Source of the DNA: Antedon mediterranea
Taxonomy: Eukaryota; Animalia; Echinodermata
Reading direction: 5' to 3'
DNA length: 64,000 bases
Assembly (NCBI RefSeq): GCF_964355755.1
Contig: NC_092673.1
Coordinates: 6,758,001 to 6,822,000, forward strand
In this document: piece by piece, positions 24,501 through 38,687 of the stretch
Numbering within the stretch: position 1 is the first letter of the stretch
Layout: each line of letters starts with the position of its first letter
The notes under the pieces: model-generated
What the model saw: the letters and a program-made list of their open reading frames with translations, nothing else
The model's database searches: none
Told to the model about the DNA's origin: nothing
Translations under genes and position numbers: made by a program

Positions 24501-27016
24501 ATTGAAAACTGAATATTTTGTGAGTTTTGATGGAAGTAACACTGAGACATCTTCAGCGGACACCCAGAGGCGACTTCTTCCTCTCATTGATACAATAATT
24601 ACACTAGGCCTATACATTGATATAAACAACTTATAACTGCAGACAGTAATATTAGCATGAAATAGAAAGTTTTGGCTCGTATTACACGATCATTGAAACG
24701 AAATATACGTTTATGGATTTTGATGATCTTCTTTCGGTTGCATTCAGACTATTTTTGAATATACTTTTTAGTCACATTTCAGCATCAGTCGATTGGTTAA
24801 TTACACTGACTCTATATAGAGTCATATAATCCAGTTTATTGATACATTCTATAGCACCATTGACAACGTAATCAAAGAAATCTATTATTTAAACACATTG
24901 ACAATGACAAGATATTGTAATTTGTACTTTAAAAGGCAATTCTAATAATTAATGTAGACGCCTCATACGTATAATTAGAATCAGTGTATTTCAGAGACCG
25001 TATACCATCAATTCATCTTCCCTTTTTTCTTATTATATACGAACTTAAATGTTTAAGTAACATATTCTAAAAATAAAACTCTAATTTAGATTTACACGTT
25101 TATAGCAATTTCTTGCGAGCTGTAAGATGTACTGTAATGAGACAAATGTCTAGGGGTAAAATTGAAAAGAGGTGACTGAAGGAGTCATGCTTTAATCATC
25201 AACAGCTTCTAAAAAGAAATACATTTGTTTCATAGAAAAACAATTTTATTACGATTTAAACGCGTGTCCTACGTTTTTAAAAGCTGGAGACAATGCCTAG
25301 CTTTTACTTTCTCAATGTATCGAACTATTACAGGTAAATGGAGAAATAAAATAGGGAAATTCGCAGGCACAACTCTGCACCTAACATCCATTTATTTGCA
25401 CCTTGATGATTGATTTTCCAAAAAGATGTATTAAAGACGATGTTACATAAAGAAGAGGGACCATTCTTTGAAACAAATTTGAAGGAGCAAGTTTTTTCTG
25501 ATGTCCCGAGGAACTATCGGTATGTGTCTCGCCTTCTCCTTGTTGAGGGACTTTCGTCGATCTACGAAGTAGGACCTAAGTTACGTTAAGCACATGCGGA
25601 GACATATATTAGTATATAATTACGATACGATATTAAATACCATTTTAAGTCTATAGCCTAAATCTTTTAAAGTGCAGTTTCATCAACACTTTTACGCATG
25701 CGCATTTTAGGTCATAAATATCTAACATTTGCTGTAATAATATTATTTGATAAAAACGTATAACATCGTTGATTGTTCTTTCTTTATCCTTTTAAGCAAC
25801 AACTAATAAACCGACAAAAAGACATGAGTGCTTTACTTAATCATATACCTGCCTAATTGATACAAATTATGCCGAAGATGATCAATTATTTAGCAGTAAA
25901 TTGTGCAAAATTGAAATGGATTGCTTTCACCAGAAGATTTATGCAGCTTATAAAAACAACTCGTCGTTAATATTTCAGTCAGAGAGCTGCCGTACACTTG
26001 TTTCAATTGAGGCATTAATTGATTTTTTTATACGCCTACCTTCGCCTTTACATTTTGTTATTTAATAAAGGAAATGAAACGAATTGATTGGGATGGAAAC
26101 GCTGAAATTTGCTGTGCCTTTAGCTATCATATCGCATTGCCGTTAGAGCGGTGCGTTAGTATGATACGCTATCATTATTATTGGCTTCTTCGAATACACC
26201 GATTGAATTTTACTAAAATACCGCGCGCGTTAGCCAATCAATGATTTAATATTCAGATGATTATGTTTTCAGATGGATGCATTTTTACGGGGAGTTCGTG
26301 GTGTCCAGAATAACATTTACTTTAAATGTATTTTACCGTGTCCACCTGTCCATCGTGTCCACCTGTCCATCGTGTCCCTTCGCTCATTATATTATATGTG
26401 TCTTCTGGGTGTTGTATGAAATTAAGATTCATATTAAAGTATTTCCTCAATTATTAATGCTTCGTTTCATTCTCAACATTCAAAACATTTTTCATTTGTG
26501 TTTTACTTTCCCGTAAATATTTCATCGATCGTTATACTTGTTTTTGTTTTAGTTTTATTTTATTGTGTTCGTTTTATCACAGTTCGCAAAATATACTTAA
26601 CTTCCACGTGATATGAATTTAAGACGGCGTCATATCCTTTAAAAATGTTAGAGAAATTTAATGTGTCTGGTGTTTTTACTGCATCGAATATTGATATATA
26701 AACTGTGTGAAATGAAAGCAGAAACAACAGACATATTAGTAAGTATTCAGTAAGCAATAATATTGTGTTTGGTGGTATTTTTAACAGTTGAGATGCAAGA
26801 ATTAGGCTATGGTTTTATTCAAAATGTGGGGATAGGGATGATTGAAGGAGACGAAAAGAATACGGGAGGAGCGGAGAGGAATGAGAATAAATAATAGGTC
26901 AATTGACCATTTAGAAGAAATCAGTCTTTCCATACCACTTGGGCGTCACAACAAAATGAATACAATAATAGTAATTGTTGTCGTGTAATCATTTACCGAT
27001 TTGCCTTACCAAAGTA

Positions 27017-27485
27017 CCGTAAAACTTCGAAAAGAAGCCCATGGGCTTAAACCTCGAAAAGAAGCCCACCTCGAAAAGAAGCCCCCCTCTACAGTTTGCA
27101 AAAGTACTCTCGAAAAGAAGCCCATCTCGAAATGAAGCCCCCTGGGCTTCTTTTCAAGATAGTATGGGCTTCATTTCGAGACAGACTACTCATACTGTAT
27201 TGAGATGATGACGAAATTATTGTATTTGACGGTGAATCATAGGACTGTTTTTTTGCTTTGTTTTTTTAATTGGTACATTAAACATAATTTCATGGTTGAA
27301 AAAATGTCTCAAAAGTCACATTATTGTAGTAGAAATTCACAAAATTAACAGCATTCATTTCGAAAAGAATCCTCCCTCTACAGTTTGCAAAAGTACTCTA
27401 AAAAAGAAGCCCATCTCGAAAAGAAGACCATCCAAGAGCACTAAAAAAAGAAGAAGCCCATGGGCTTCTTTTCGAGGTTTTACGG
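27017..27485. mobile_element. Tc1/mariner (pogo-like) MITE with TA TSD
   Basis: TA-CCGTAAAACTTCGAAAAGAAGCCCATGGGCTT...AAGCCCATGGGCTTCTTTTCGAGGTTTTACGG-TA with internal CTCGAAAAGAAGCCC repeats. Confidence 0.88.
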
Positions 27486-29629
27486 TATGTAGGCTCAGAA
27501 GTTAAAGGCCTGCGTCTGGTCTGGTCCCATAACCGACTTTGGCTTTGTCCAAGGCCTGGGATTAGATAAGTTGATGTATAGGATTATGTTAAATAACAAT
27601 ATTGACAATATATCTGTCAGTGTGACATAACGAAGCACCTGAACGCGGTGTGATCCCAGAGATCTAACTTTTTACGGGGTCGTTATTATCGCAACCATCA
27701 AGCACTATTAGGCCTAAGATTATAAAAAGCAGGGAAGAGTGGCATTGCACTCTTCACTGTTAAAGAAGAAACTTACCTGTAGATCTTCGACTGTTCGTTG
27801 AGAATCACCTGTGTTAGACATATATAATCCCTTAGATAAACGAAACATGACTTCCTTCACTTTAGACCCCAAGAAAATGAGTACGGTTATGTTCTAGCGG
27901 TATGTCATAGTGTATAATTGTAATGCTAATTACTAACGGCTGAAACAAATATTCTCATTTAAATGTCAATACATTACAACGTTTGTAAAGATCCTATTAG
28001 AATACTTAAACAAAATAACGTGTTCGGCGTTTTCATTTTTGTGTAGATGTGAGTTGTCAAAGTAAGTTGGATATAGAAACTTTTTCATGGGTAGTTCAAA
28101 CCTTAAATGGTAGGCCATACATCTAAATATAACAGCATTTAGGACTACTGTAGATCATAACTAATTTTAAAATGGGAACTTTCCATAGAAAGGACACATG
28201 GGTATATGGATGTGCAATGATGCATAAGGAACGAAGATCACTAAACAGATGCAATAATAAGATAACTAGGCCTAATGATAATAAAGTACAAAAGGGGAGA
28301 GGAGGGGGGGGGGCTTGAGGGTAGCCTTATGTTGGGGATGTTTTGCATATCACATCCACCAACATTTTACTATTATACAATGTTTGGGTTATTGTAGATA
28401 GGAATTTATTACGGCGTCACGTGGAGAAATGTTCGTCTATGTTTTCCCCCTCCCCACTAAAAGTGAGGACGGGGTAAATTTGTTTGCATTGTCCCATTGT
28501 CCCAAACACCACATATTGATGGTGGCCATTGCTGTTGTTGTTATTGAAGGACTCCTATCATTGTCTACTCTTAGAGAGTAACAATAGGTTACATCTTAAC
28601 ATCATCGCCATAATACAAAACATATCAGCCAAAAGTGCCAGTTTTGCTCATAAAATGTGTGACATCACCAACACAACGCTATGAATGATAAGTTAATTTC
28701 TAGACTATTAGCAGAAATGATATTCTTCGATGAATCTTTAATAATGCCAAACAAAAAATCCATTCACAAAGTGCCTATTAGAGTATTTGCTCAATTTCGT
28801 TTACAACAGCACTAATGCGACTAATAGCAAGCTCCTCATGATATTAATGATATCACGTTATTGAACACAATAAAAATAAAACAAGAACTCATAAAAAGCA
28901 ATGCAACATATCGAAACGTTAGCGTGTTAACAGATATGGTTTTATTCACATCTAAATACTGCTTCGAATGAAACTGCAGCAGTATGTTGCTGCCACGATT
29001 GACTTGAACAGAATTCAATGAAATATCTGATTAGATTTTGCAAATGTTCTTTGAATTGCTAAATTCTTCGAGGAGCTAAATTTGTGAAATATGGCGAAAC
29101 TTAATATCCATCCATTGCAAATTTGGTTGTGCGTGTACTTTACATTAAACTAAAAGCTTTTAAAGTTCGTCGTAATGAGAGCGCACTTAGCTAAATCGGC
29201 TTAAATCTATCTCAATTTTGCGTGTTACTTATATTACGTTCTATTTAGTAAATGGACTTCTGAAAAGGCCCTAAGTAACATGTAAGAGACTACGCCACGA
29301 ATCTGCATTTAATAAGTGCGTACACACGCTCGGAAGGTCCGTCGATTAACGGTTAAATGGAAATTATAATCGATTTCTATAGAGCTGCAGTGAAATAACA
29401 TCGTTATTAACGGGGGAAGAACTCAGTAGACGGTAACTTAACTTGACAGTATTATTCCATCGTATACACATTTTACATTAGTTCCATAGATTGACAAGAA
29501 CAAAGTAAATCTGTTTCTATTCTTTGGAATAACCGGGTAATATAACAACGCATGTTTGTTTCAAAATACCATTGCTTTTAGAACATTAACTTTCATCCAA
29601 TTCTCTGTACTGTATCTCCACGTATATAG

Positions 29630-29787
29630 AGTATAACATATGCATCATGTGTGACGCCTGTATAATAGGCCACAAGCCAAACAAAACATTAACCTTAACA
29701 ATACAGGCGTCACATGTGATATATTATGTGACACTGTATAAATTTGTCTATGATGCATTATACATACAATACGGATAATCGGTTACT
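29630..29787 (+). repeat. Dispersed repeat, related to about 56045-56177
   Basis: Shared ACGCCTGTA...AGGCGTCACATGTGATATA..ATTATGTRACACT...GGATAATCG with an internal inverted TGTGACGCCTGTAT/ATACAGGCGTCACA. Confidence 0.55.
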
Positions 29788-30261
29788 ATATTTTGAATGA
29801 GGTGACGGATACGGTAAAAATCAATGAAAAAGACACAATGTCAGCTTTGAGCTTGATATCCATGTTACAGCGTTTTATACTTACATAAGCGAAGTACAAC
29901 CAACAAATATTATAACAGTACCACGTTTCTACAAGCGGTAATATGTGGCACGATGAAAATGATATCTTTATAAGGGACCATGTCAAAATTAATCTACCGC
30001 AGTCACTGCAGTAACTCAATGTTGCTTACTCTTTAGCCTGCTTATGCAAACAATATAGAATAATTTTGACATGATCCCTAAATATAATTTAAAATAAAAC
30101 ATATTAGGCCTAGCATAACAAAATAATTAAACTCAAATAACGGTAAATAGTAATTATAATATAATTATTTAAATACTACAATCTAGTATTATAATCTGTA
30201 AATTTAACAATAAAACTATAATAAGTAATAATCGTTATTTCAATAATAATAATTAAAAACA

Positions 30262-30267
30262 TTTATT
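30262..30267 (-). terminator. Candidate poly(A) signal of LMO4 (3' UTR about 30245-31123)
   Basis: AATAAA on the minus strand (TTTATT on plus) followed by U-rich sequence, about 860 nt after the stop. Other AATAAA hexamers exist nearby, so the exact site is uncertain. Confidence 0.4.
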
Positions 30268-31123
30268 GTAATATACTCTTTTAAAATGAACAAAAACAAT
30301 ATAAATTGTAAAATCTGACAAAAATCGAACTAATTTTAAAACTGAAATAACATGAGCAAACGAGCATTCTCTTATTATGTACAAAGCTAGAATATTTTCT
30401 ATTTACAGCGGGCATTTACAAAGTTTTACATTAATTGGCATAAAATGCACATTTTATTTACACAGGTAAGCCGTCTGCTACTAATGCGCAGTCGCAGAAA
30501 GACAGTCAACAGTTAAGCATAACAAGGGGAACTGGGGCATTGTTTTTAAACTGTCTTTATTTCATCCCAGACACAACTTCAATTGTTTTAATTACTCGAC
30601 TCGATATTAAAATATTCTTCTTATTATTGTTCATGCTTTGAGACATCCGCCCTCTCCCGGTTATGGAGTAAGGAAATACAGTGACCTGGTAATCTTGAAA
30701 AATCTCAAAATACAACAATTACAGTTCATAATGAGCGCATAATATGATTATGTTGTGCGGTGTCATCCCCTTGTCAGTGGTAAAAATAAATGTATCAAAC
30801 ACGGTTTACGTATTCAAAAATGTCCACATGTTGTTCTTGAAAAGCGACGTATACACAATCAAACAAACAAACTTTGGGGTCAAAGCATTGGATCCCGAAA
30901 AGGTTAAGTAAATTTGACTTTGTTGATCCCAACTAGCAAACAATTTAGCATTTCTGTACAATAAAATGTTTACACGATTTAAACATGGCTGGCAGCTTGA
31001 AAATTAGACAAATTCTGTTTCAAGAAAGTTAAAACTATCTTCCAAAAATGTTCGAAGATGTAAACAGTTAAACTGCAGCCAAAGTAGCCGATGAAACCCG
31101 TCCCTTTCAAACGTGTACTCTCT

Positions 31124-31132
31124 TCAACATAC
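31124..31132 (-). CDS. LMO4: LMO4 terminal coding exon (Val-Cys-stop)
   Basis: Minus strand reads tcatatctttaatctttcag|GTA TGT TGA. A phase-0 join gives C-terminal ...NKVC*, like vertebrate LMO4 ...QKVC*, for a predicted protein of about 160 aa from the ATG at 59080. An AU-rich UTR-like stretch follows. Confidence 0.75.
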   Translation of the reverse strand, partial: VC

Positions 31133-31391
31133 CTGAAAGATTAAAGATATGATGCATTCATTATTTATGCAAAGTTGGTGTATATATTTCAAAATGAAGA
31201 CAGGAATAATTTGTATTAGCTCTCTGTCATGTTCTCCCTTACGGTTCACTCTTCCACCAAAAACAACATTACAACTCAAGGCTCCTAGCTTTCCGTGACA
31301 CGGATGCACCAATGATGTAAAATGTTGTAAGTCTAACTGGAGATCAAACCTGGACCAAAAAAGTTAAATGTGGAGAAAATAATTTTCATTG

Positions 31392-31790
31392 TTTTTTATT
31401 TTTATCTATTTAACTTTGTTTCACGAGGGCAGCTCTAACAGTTGTACTACAGTAGCCTACAGCTAACTTGAAGAGGCCATCTCAAAAACACTAAAAACTT
31501 GTACTAAATGCCGACATTCTAACATCAAGTTAACAGTAGATAAGTTAAAATTCATACAACAATTTATAAATGTTAACATCATTAAAATATAACCCTTTAA
31601 AATTCCAAAATAAATATAAAATAAACGAAACGAGACAGAACTCATTCAACAAATATAAAAAATTCATAAAAAAAAAATACATTTACAGTTCTACAGTAAA
31701 ACTTTATTTAATTAATCCGCTGCTTTCAACTTCGATAAATATCGGAAGGCTATCCTGAAATTTAGGCCACTAAAAGGTAGACGGTACACT
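31392..31790 (-). mobile_element. Decayed LINE 3' fragment (L2/CR1-like)
   Basis: Minus strand encodes PKFQDSLP (cf. the typical GPKLWNSLP ORF2 end), followed by a U-rich UTR, an imperfect hairpin and an A-rich tail. Confidence 0.3.
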
Positions 31791-32671
31791 TGCACGTGGG
31801 GTTTCGAACATTTACCAGCCCCGAATTTCACAAACATTCTAAAAAGTGCTACAACAGGTTAATAGAACGATTGAATGGAATTGTTATCGTGCAGTAGAAG
31901 TAATATCGAACCGGAACGTCATGTGATACAAACTTAACCAATCAGAGGAAGGATACACCCAGGAGGCGTGTTAAAATAAAAATAAACGCTGATACTACAG
32001 CTTTAATAGTTTCAACATATTAATATGAAGATTTTGATTTTCAAGAGTTAGTATATCACTATCCGAATGTAAGTACTGTATATTATTTTGATAAAGATTT
32101 GTTACAGTAGTAATGACTAATAAAACATGTTTACTCAAAAAAGTCTTTGAGTACCACGAGATGGTATATCGTAAAAGATTTTATGATAAAAATATAACCC
32201 CACACTCATAGAACCAACAGTAGTTTCATATCAACCATCAATACAAACTATTTATTGTTTATGTCAAATTAATGAAAACGAACCGAGGGATAAGAGACAG
32301 ATTTGAGATAAATGGACTGGAATTGAGAAAGAAGTTGAATGAACGGTCACAGAATAACAAATTTAAAACTCGCAAAGAAAGCAAATGAACACAGAGAATG
32401 TAATATAACACGAGATTTACATCTCAAATCAATGCTTTTTAAACACATCTTCGGCAGAATAATTGTGTATGCATTTTATCCAAATGTCCATCCGACTAAT
32501 TTATCTCTGTCCGTTAAATCTACTCGCAATCAATTTGGAGTTTCGTTTTGAATTATAGCTCAGATAGCTACAGTTGACTCATTAAAGAAAACATAGGCGA
32601 TTGCTGACGAGCGCATGATCAGAAAAAGCAGACGACAAAACTAAACTAAAACGGTCGTACATAAACATTGC

Positions 32672-32950
32672 CGGTCGTGGGTATCATTTGTTACAGTTTA
32701 TTATTGGTCGTGTCATATCTATATCAATCATGTCATATCTGTATCGGTCTTGCCATATTATTGAAGAGTCGTGTCTACCTGTATCGTCCGTCATACCACT
32801 TTTGGTCGTTTTATACCTGTATCGGTCATTTTAAACCTATATCGTTTAGGTCGTACCTGATCTGCCGAATCTGCATCGGCCATGTCATATCTGTTGTTGT
32901 TGTTGTTGTTGTTGTTGTTGGTCGGTCGCTTTATACAATCATCGGTTGCG
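32672..32950. repeat. Degenerate ~20-bp minisatellite (ATCGGTCGTGTCATATCTGT-like) with (GTT)n
   Basis: Visible periodicity. It explains ORF 32668-33084. Confidence 0.7.
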
Positions 32951-35900
32951 AAATAATCTGCATTAATATGACGCGGCTTGTCATTTCAGTGATAATAATT
33001 AACCACGTGATGCCGGTAGCTCGGTCAACTTTTTGTACAATTGTCTGCATTTTTTTAATTTCTTGCTTGAGTGATGCGTTCTAATCAATTCTGATTAACG
33101 CCATGATTGCCGACGTAAACTTAAAATTCTACATTAGAGGGGTTAGGAGCAATAATTGACTTATTTGTTGCATCAACACAATTCGTAGAAATTAATATTA
33201 CTGCAGTGGATAAAAAGTAATGTTGTTTAGATTATACATTTGTATATCACAGACATTCTATCATCTAAGATATATATTCTCTAATTAATAACGTGCAATG
33301 TTTCAATCAGCGACAGCGGCGTATAAACGTCGTACCTCTATTGTCAGCGTGGACGCGCGCGTACAATGACGTGTCCACTGACGAAAGTGACGACGTACCA
33401 TTATTATTAGTGTGGACGCGCGCGTACAATTGACGTGTCCACTGACGAAGGTCACGACACAGGCCCACAGCTATAGCTTAAAGTATTGTTTCCCGATAGA
33501 AATAGTTGAAATTGTATAATATAACTAACATTTTAATAATGTTAAAATTGTGTTAGTTATATTATTATAATTAATTATAAATTACATTAATTAAAATGTT
33601 TACTCCTATAAACGTAATGTGAACATCATAGATTGGATTAAATATTTTGACATAATGTCGTCATTTGAATGATTGAATATGCAACGTTTTCTAATTTGTG
33701 AATGTTTTCGTAAGCGTTAGTCAACAGAATTCAATTAGAGGCAGAATGTCAGACAGTGTTTGTTTTAATTATTGAAAGAATAAATCTAACACTACAACAA
33801 TCAATAAAAATATTTGTTGTTTTTATAGGATCAGCAATACACACACACGTTCTCAGTATATAATTTGTCCAGTATTATATGCAAATTATATATTATAGAG
33901 TCACATGCACCACATGTGACTCCTGTCTTAGGCCATAAGCATAATACACAAGTGACATGTAATGCAGAATTTGCCTACTGGACATTAATAATGCCACCTC
34001 TGGAAAAACTCGTAGAGAGAATCGGGCGTTGTGTACGCGCTCGTATATCTTTGTCACATCTGTCATTATTAAATAAATAAAAAAAACTTTAATATGGAAA
34101 GGATATCAACTATTCTTGGTGAAAGTGTGATTTTACCGAGTAAAACCCACATTGCTCACAGTTCTTCTTAAAACAGAACGTGGTACGCCTCCTGTCAAAT
34201 TAAAAGTCAATTCTTAGGCCTACAGAGTGACGTCGAATAGATTGGCATGCAGCTTTCTACACGTCCGTACGCTCAAAACTCAAACTAATTGCCACAGTAA
34301 TCAAATATTTATAACATCGTGTTAAATAACATATACGAGAGTTTGTTAATATATCTTCTCCGATATCGCATCGTTGCTAACTCATTAAAACTAACTCTCT
34401 ATTGTTATCCGAACTGTTGTACATAATGGGTTTCTATGTTTCATGTCGAATTTAATATCGAATCGAGCGATTTCAATTTCAACGGATCAAATAATCAGAT
34501 TGTTTATCAATGAACTTGGTCGCTGTACAACTTGTAATTAGATTTTGGCAAAAGCTTTGTGTTTCGTAACCCGATTAATATTACATAATTAGACACTAAT
34601 ACACTAGTTCGTCAATATTATTATGCGTGCTCAATATAATGGAAATCTAATATCAGAAAGGGCATTTTCAGGCGTCATAGTAGTTTTACTTAATATACGG
34701 TACAATATGCAGGCCTCGGTCTACACAAATTTTAATAATTTTTAATTAATTATAGATTTGTCGACATTGTAGGGTTTTTCAAAGGAACTATTATTACCTA
34801 TCCTTACTTAATACTTATCATCATCATTCTTCATACCACCGTCTTTATTAATTATATTGAGGTGTTTATCAAATTAAGCATCAACATCACCACCATTAAT
34901 ATCTGAATGATAAATTTCGTATTATCAACCACAATAATGTTTACCAATATCACCGATAGAGTTTTCATAATGTATATCACCAACGTCATCATAATATACG
35001 TGCCTACATTATCATCACCATCATTTTTCACTCTCTTTCCTACACTTTTGCACAGACACCGATATTCTCATTCAATTCAATCAACATTCCTTTATTTCCT
35101 TCTTTATATAGGATCGAATGGCATAACATAACATATAGTAACATACAGATTCCTTTACATCATAATGTGCTATACTCATATTCATAAAGCATGGTTTTAC
35201 ACCACACACAATTTAACGCCTCGTTCCCCATCCAATATTCTTTTCAATTACTTGCCAAGTGAAGCAAACTGCAAACAACTTCTCAAGATACAATAAACAG
35301 TTAGATTGCATAATGAATTATAGATGAGACGAGAGAGACATTTTATACTATACGGTTATAGCAGTCGATTATCGTACGGTATCATGTCTAGCGAAAATAA
35401 ACAGCCTGCAGTATCTAGTCATCTGAGGGGGCAACATGCCCAATCACAACACCTAACTCCTTATTAACTTAACCCTCTAAATCTCTCACTTATACAAGCA
35501 AAACCGCAGCATTGAACAAGGATATTTTGTGTCAGGAGAGGCTACATTTGTGATGAAGTTTTCTGTCAGAAGACGCAATAATGCATCCTGTTTTGTCTCT
35601 AGAGATGATACTGCTTGTGTCGGCGCATAACCCACCGGCTACGTTAGTGTTTATTCTAAACTCGATAATACCGAAAACATCATGTGCCAAGATCTGTATC
35701 CTATTTTAGAAGTTTTTAATACAAAATTAATTAAAAAGTTTTTTGTTATAATATGACCTTATGACATTGCTATTGGTTATTTACAGACCATTTGTGATCG
35801 TTATAAAAGCTTTTATTTTTCGTTTTACAAAGAAGTTAACGCGCCACGAAATTAATCACCTTCTAACAAAGAATTCGAATTTGAGGCAAAAGTTAATATC

Positions 35901-36891
35901 TTGCGGCATTTGACGTGGAAAATCGCACCCGTGTAAGTAATGTAAACCGCATTGCAAAAATATATCGGTTTTCAATTCAAGACATTTAATTAAGTACTGG
36001 TATTAATTAAGTGATGGATTTATTGAATTGTCAAGGTGGTAGAAGTTTCTAAAAAGGTATCAAAGGTCAATACAATAAACCAATCATTGAGCTGGACCTA
36101 ATAGTCTGCTTTGTACCTTCTGAAGCGTAAAATGACCGCGGGCTACTGGTGAATTATTGGAGTTTAAATTAACGAGCAATTTAGATCATTAGATTTAGGC
36201 CTATTATGGATTAATTTTAATCCGTTAATAAATGGCATTAATCAGGAAAAACAACCGTTTTCAATTACACTTATACCATACTCAAAATATCACCGACTGT
36301 ATAGTTGCATAAAGGCAACTGAAGAGGTTCATCAAATGTTATACGCACGTCACATGTGCAAGAACAATGAGGGCACTGTATTTCATATTACAAGGGGACA
36401 CTTTATCATGAAACGAACAATCAGAAATGTTATATGCCTACGGCCAACCCATTATTATTTTTGAGGGACCACAGCATACAGCGGTGGCGTTTACATATCT
36501 AAATTTCATAATAGGCCCATATTCTCTCCTCTCGAGTTATGGCATCCCACGGACCGAACAAGGTTTTACCGCGTCGTCGTCCGTCTCGAGTAATTACTTT
36601 TACGCATCCTAAGGTGTTTTTGCATAGCCACCAGACAGAATGATAAATGATGTACATAAATACATCATACAATTATGATCTACCTTAACAAATAACAATA
36701 CCGTTATACATTATTATTCTTATCGCTATAATGCTTCAGACATTTAGAATGAGTAATTAGCGATAACATGTGTGGGTTTAGGGTTGTCCACAAGCACTAA
36801 AGGCTTATCCGGTACGCTAGGCATATGGCTGCTTGGATGGAGTAGTAATGCTTCTAAATAATAATACATTTATCTACAACACTATTCAATT

Positions 36892-37000
36892 AAAACAAGG
36901 CCATATGCATGGCTGCAGTCGCGTGCTTATGTTAGTGTTTACCGACCGACCAACCGACCGACATAGTGAGCTGTAGAGTCGCGTTGCACGCGACTAAAAA
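36892..37000 (-). mobile_element. Complete ~110-bp HINE/DINE-1-like element
   Basis: Minus strand: TTTTT-AGTCGCGTGC (5' subTIR), adjacent inverted ACGCGACT, (GTCG)n microsatellite, GCACGCGACT (3' subTIR), hairpin GCCAT-GCAT-ATGGC, then a T-run. Confidence 0.75.
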
Positions 37001-37070
37001 GGGACGTATTAGTAGTGGGCACTATAATATTATACGTCAATGTGTTTATTAGGACCAAAGACACAGTTGC

Positions 37071-37368
37071 CAGGAATGGGTTCATGGGATATGCGAAAAA
37101 GTTTAGAAAAAAACCTTAAATAAATAAAAGAGTAGCATCATAGGCCTACTTTCGGATAGAACACGGGCCTAGCTTAAATTCTAAAGCAACGATTCTATGA
37201 CGTACCCAGCCCAATGACAGGAATGGGTTCATGGGATAATATGCGAAAAGGTTAGAAAAAAAACCTTAGATAAACAAAAGAGTAGCATCGTAGGCCTATA
37301 CTTTTCGGATAGAACACGGGCCTAGCTTAAACTCTACAGCAACGATTCTATGACGTACCCAACCCAAT
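37071..37368. repeat. Tandem duplication of about 147 bp
   Basis: CAGGAATGGGTTCATGGGAT...GACGTACCCARCCCAAT at 37071-37215 and 37218-37368. Confidence 0.9.
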
Positions 37369-38393
37369 TCCACTAGCACTTAACTATGTTGTTGCAATAC
37401 CAACACTAACATTGTGGTAATAACGTTAATCGTTGTAACACATTAGCTCTGGCATTCGCGTCAATTTAAGCATTTAATTCGTCTGAGTAACGTAAACATT
37501 TGCTCTGTACAACACCAACTAATTGATCAATATGAGGAATGTGCGGGTAAAATGATGGAACTCAGACAATATCACAATAAAACTAATGAGAATAATGTGA
37601 ACATAGCAAAGAAAATGTTTCAGGACGACGCGATTGGTTCAAATGATTTTTACGCATGGTGACGCTTTTTTGCCATATATGACGACGCGCTGAATACATG
37701 GTGACGCGTTGTCCACACACATCAGCAATGCACTCAACAAGATTTGCTGAGTTATTCGTAAATGATTTTAACTCGCGCGCTAATGGCCTTCAATTGCAGA
37801 GATTAGGAATGCAAACCTATTATAGCAACATCATTTCAAATCATCGCCATCATTATACTACTCATCATCATCCTCGTCCATTAACTTAAAAGTTTATTTG
37901 GGTACACATTTCCAAAGCACAGCTTATGTTACTGAAAATCGTCACATATCATATTTCCGTTAGGTTTAATACGTAAACTGCAACATGGACGGAATATGAA
38001 TTGAAATAATACAGATTGACATGTATACGCACACACATCAATACAATCACATTTGTATTATCAGTCAAATTTTACAGTTAAGAAACTAAACGTACGAATC
38101 AAATAATATTTTAACGACAGATACCAAGACCAATAAAACATACATAAAGTCGTATTGTTTCGGCGGAGATGAGGCAATGAATATCTTTACCGATTCAAAC
38201 TCCGAGTTGACATTAAAAGATTGACATTTTACAAAGGCGATAATTTGAGGCAAAAATGAATTCAGAGACCTTAAAAATATAATATTTGGTCTAAAAAATA
38301 TCCAATAGGCCTATATATTGAATTGTTTTTATCAAAAGTGCCACCACCAATAGACAACGCAGCGAGCGCGTTCAAATCTTGATAATGGCCGGT

Positions 38394-38469
38394 TTTGCAC
38401 GCGCGCGTCATATTTGTCTCACGTCACTGACTTTGCACGCGCGCGTCATATTTGTCCCATGTCACTGAC
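38394..38469. repeat. 38-bp tandem duplication
   Basis: TTTGCACGCGCGCGTCATATTTGTCYCAYGTCACTGAC twice. Confidence 0.9.
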
Positions 38470-38531
38470 AAGATTGTCCCACAATATATTGTCGGTGTTA
38501 AGACTAAATGTGGTTAAAATGGAAGGTCTAA

Positions 38532-38687
38532 ATCTCTGTCTACACTATCAAACTTTGTGACAAAAAAACGTGATGTGCCCATATATGGACATGATGTCAT
38601 ATCACTACTATATTTGGACATATCACTATCATATTTGGGCACATCACACCTTTTTTGGCAAACTAGTTTGATAGTGTAGACAAAGCC
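38532..38687. mobile_element. MITE family A, full-length copy
   Basis: TIRs CTCTGTCTACACTATCAAACT / AGTTTGATAGTGTAGACAAAG with TAA/TTA flanks (TWA target typical of PIF/Harbinger). Confidence 0.8.

Noticed and set aside
24520-24560. Minus-strand CTGAAGA hammerhead-like core
   Set aside because: No proper stem II and no GAAA.
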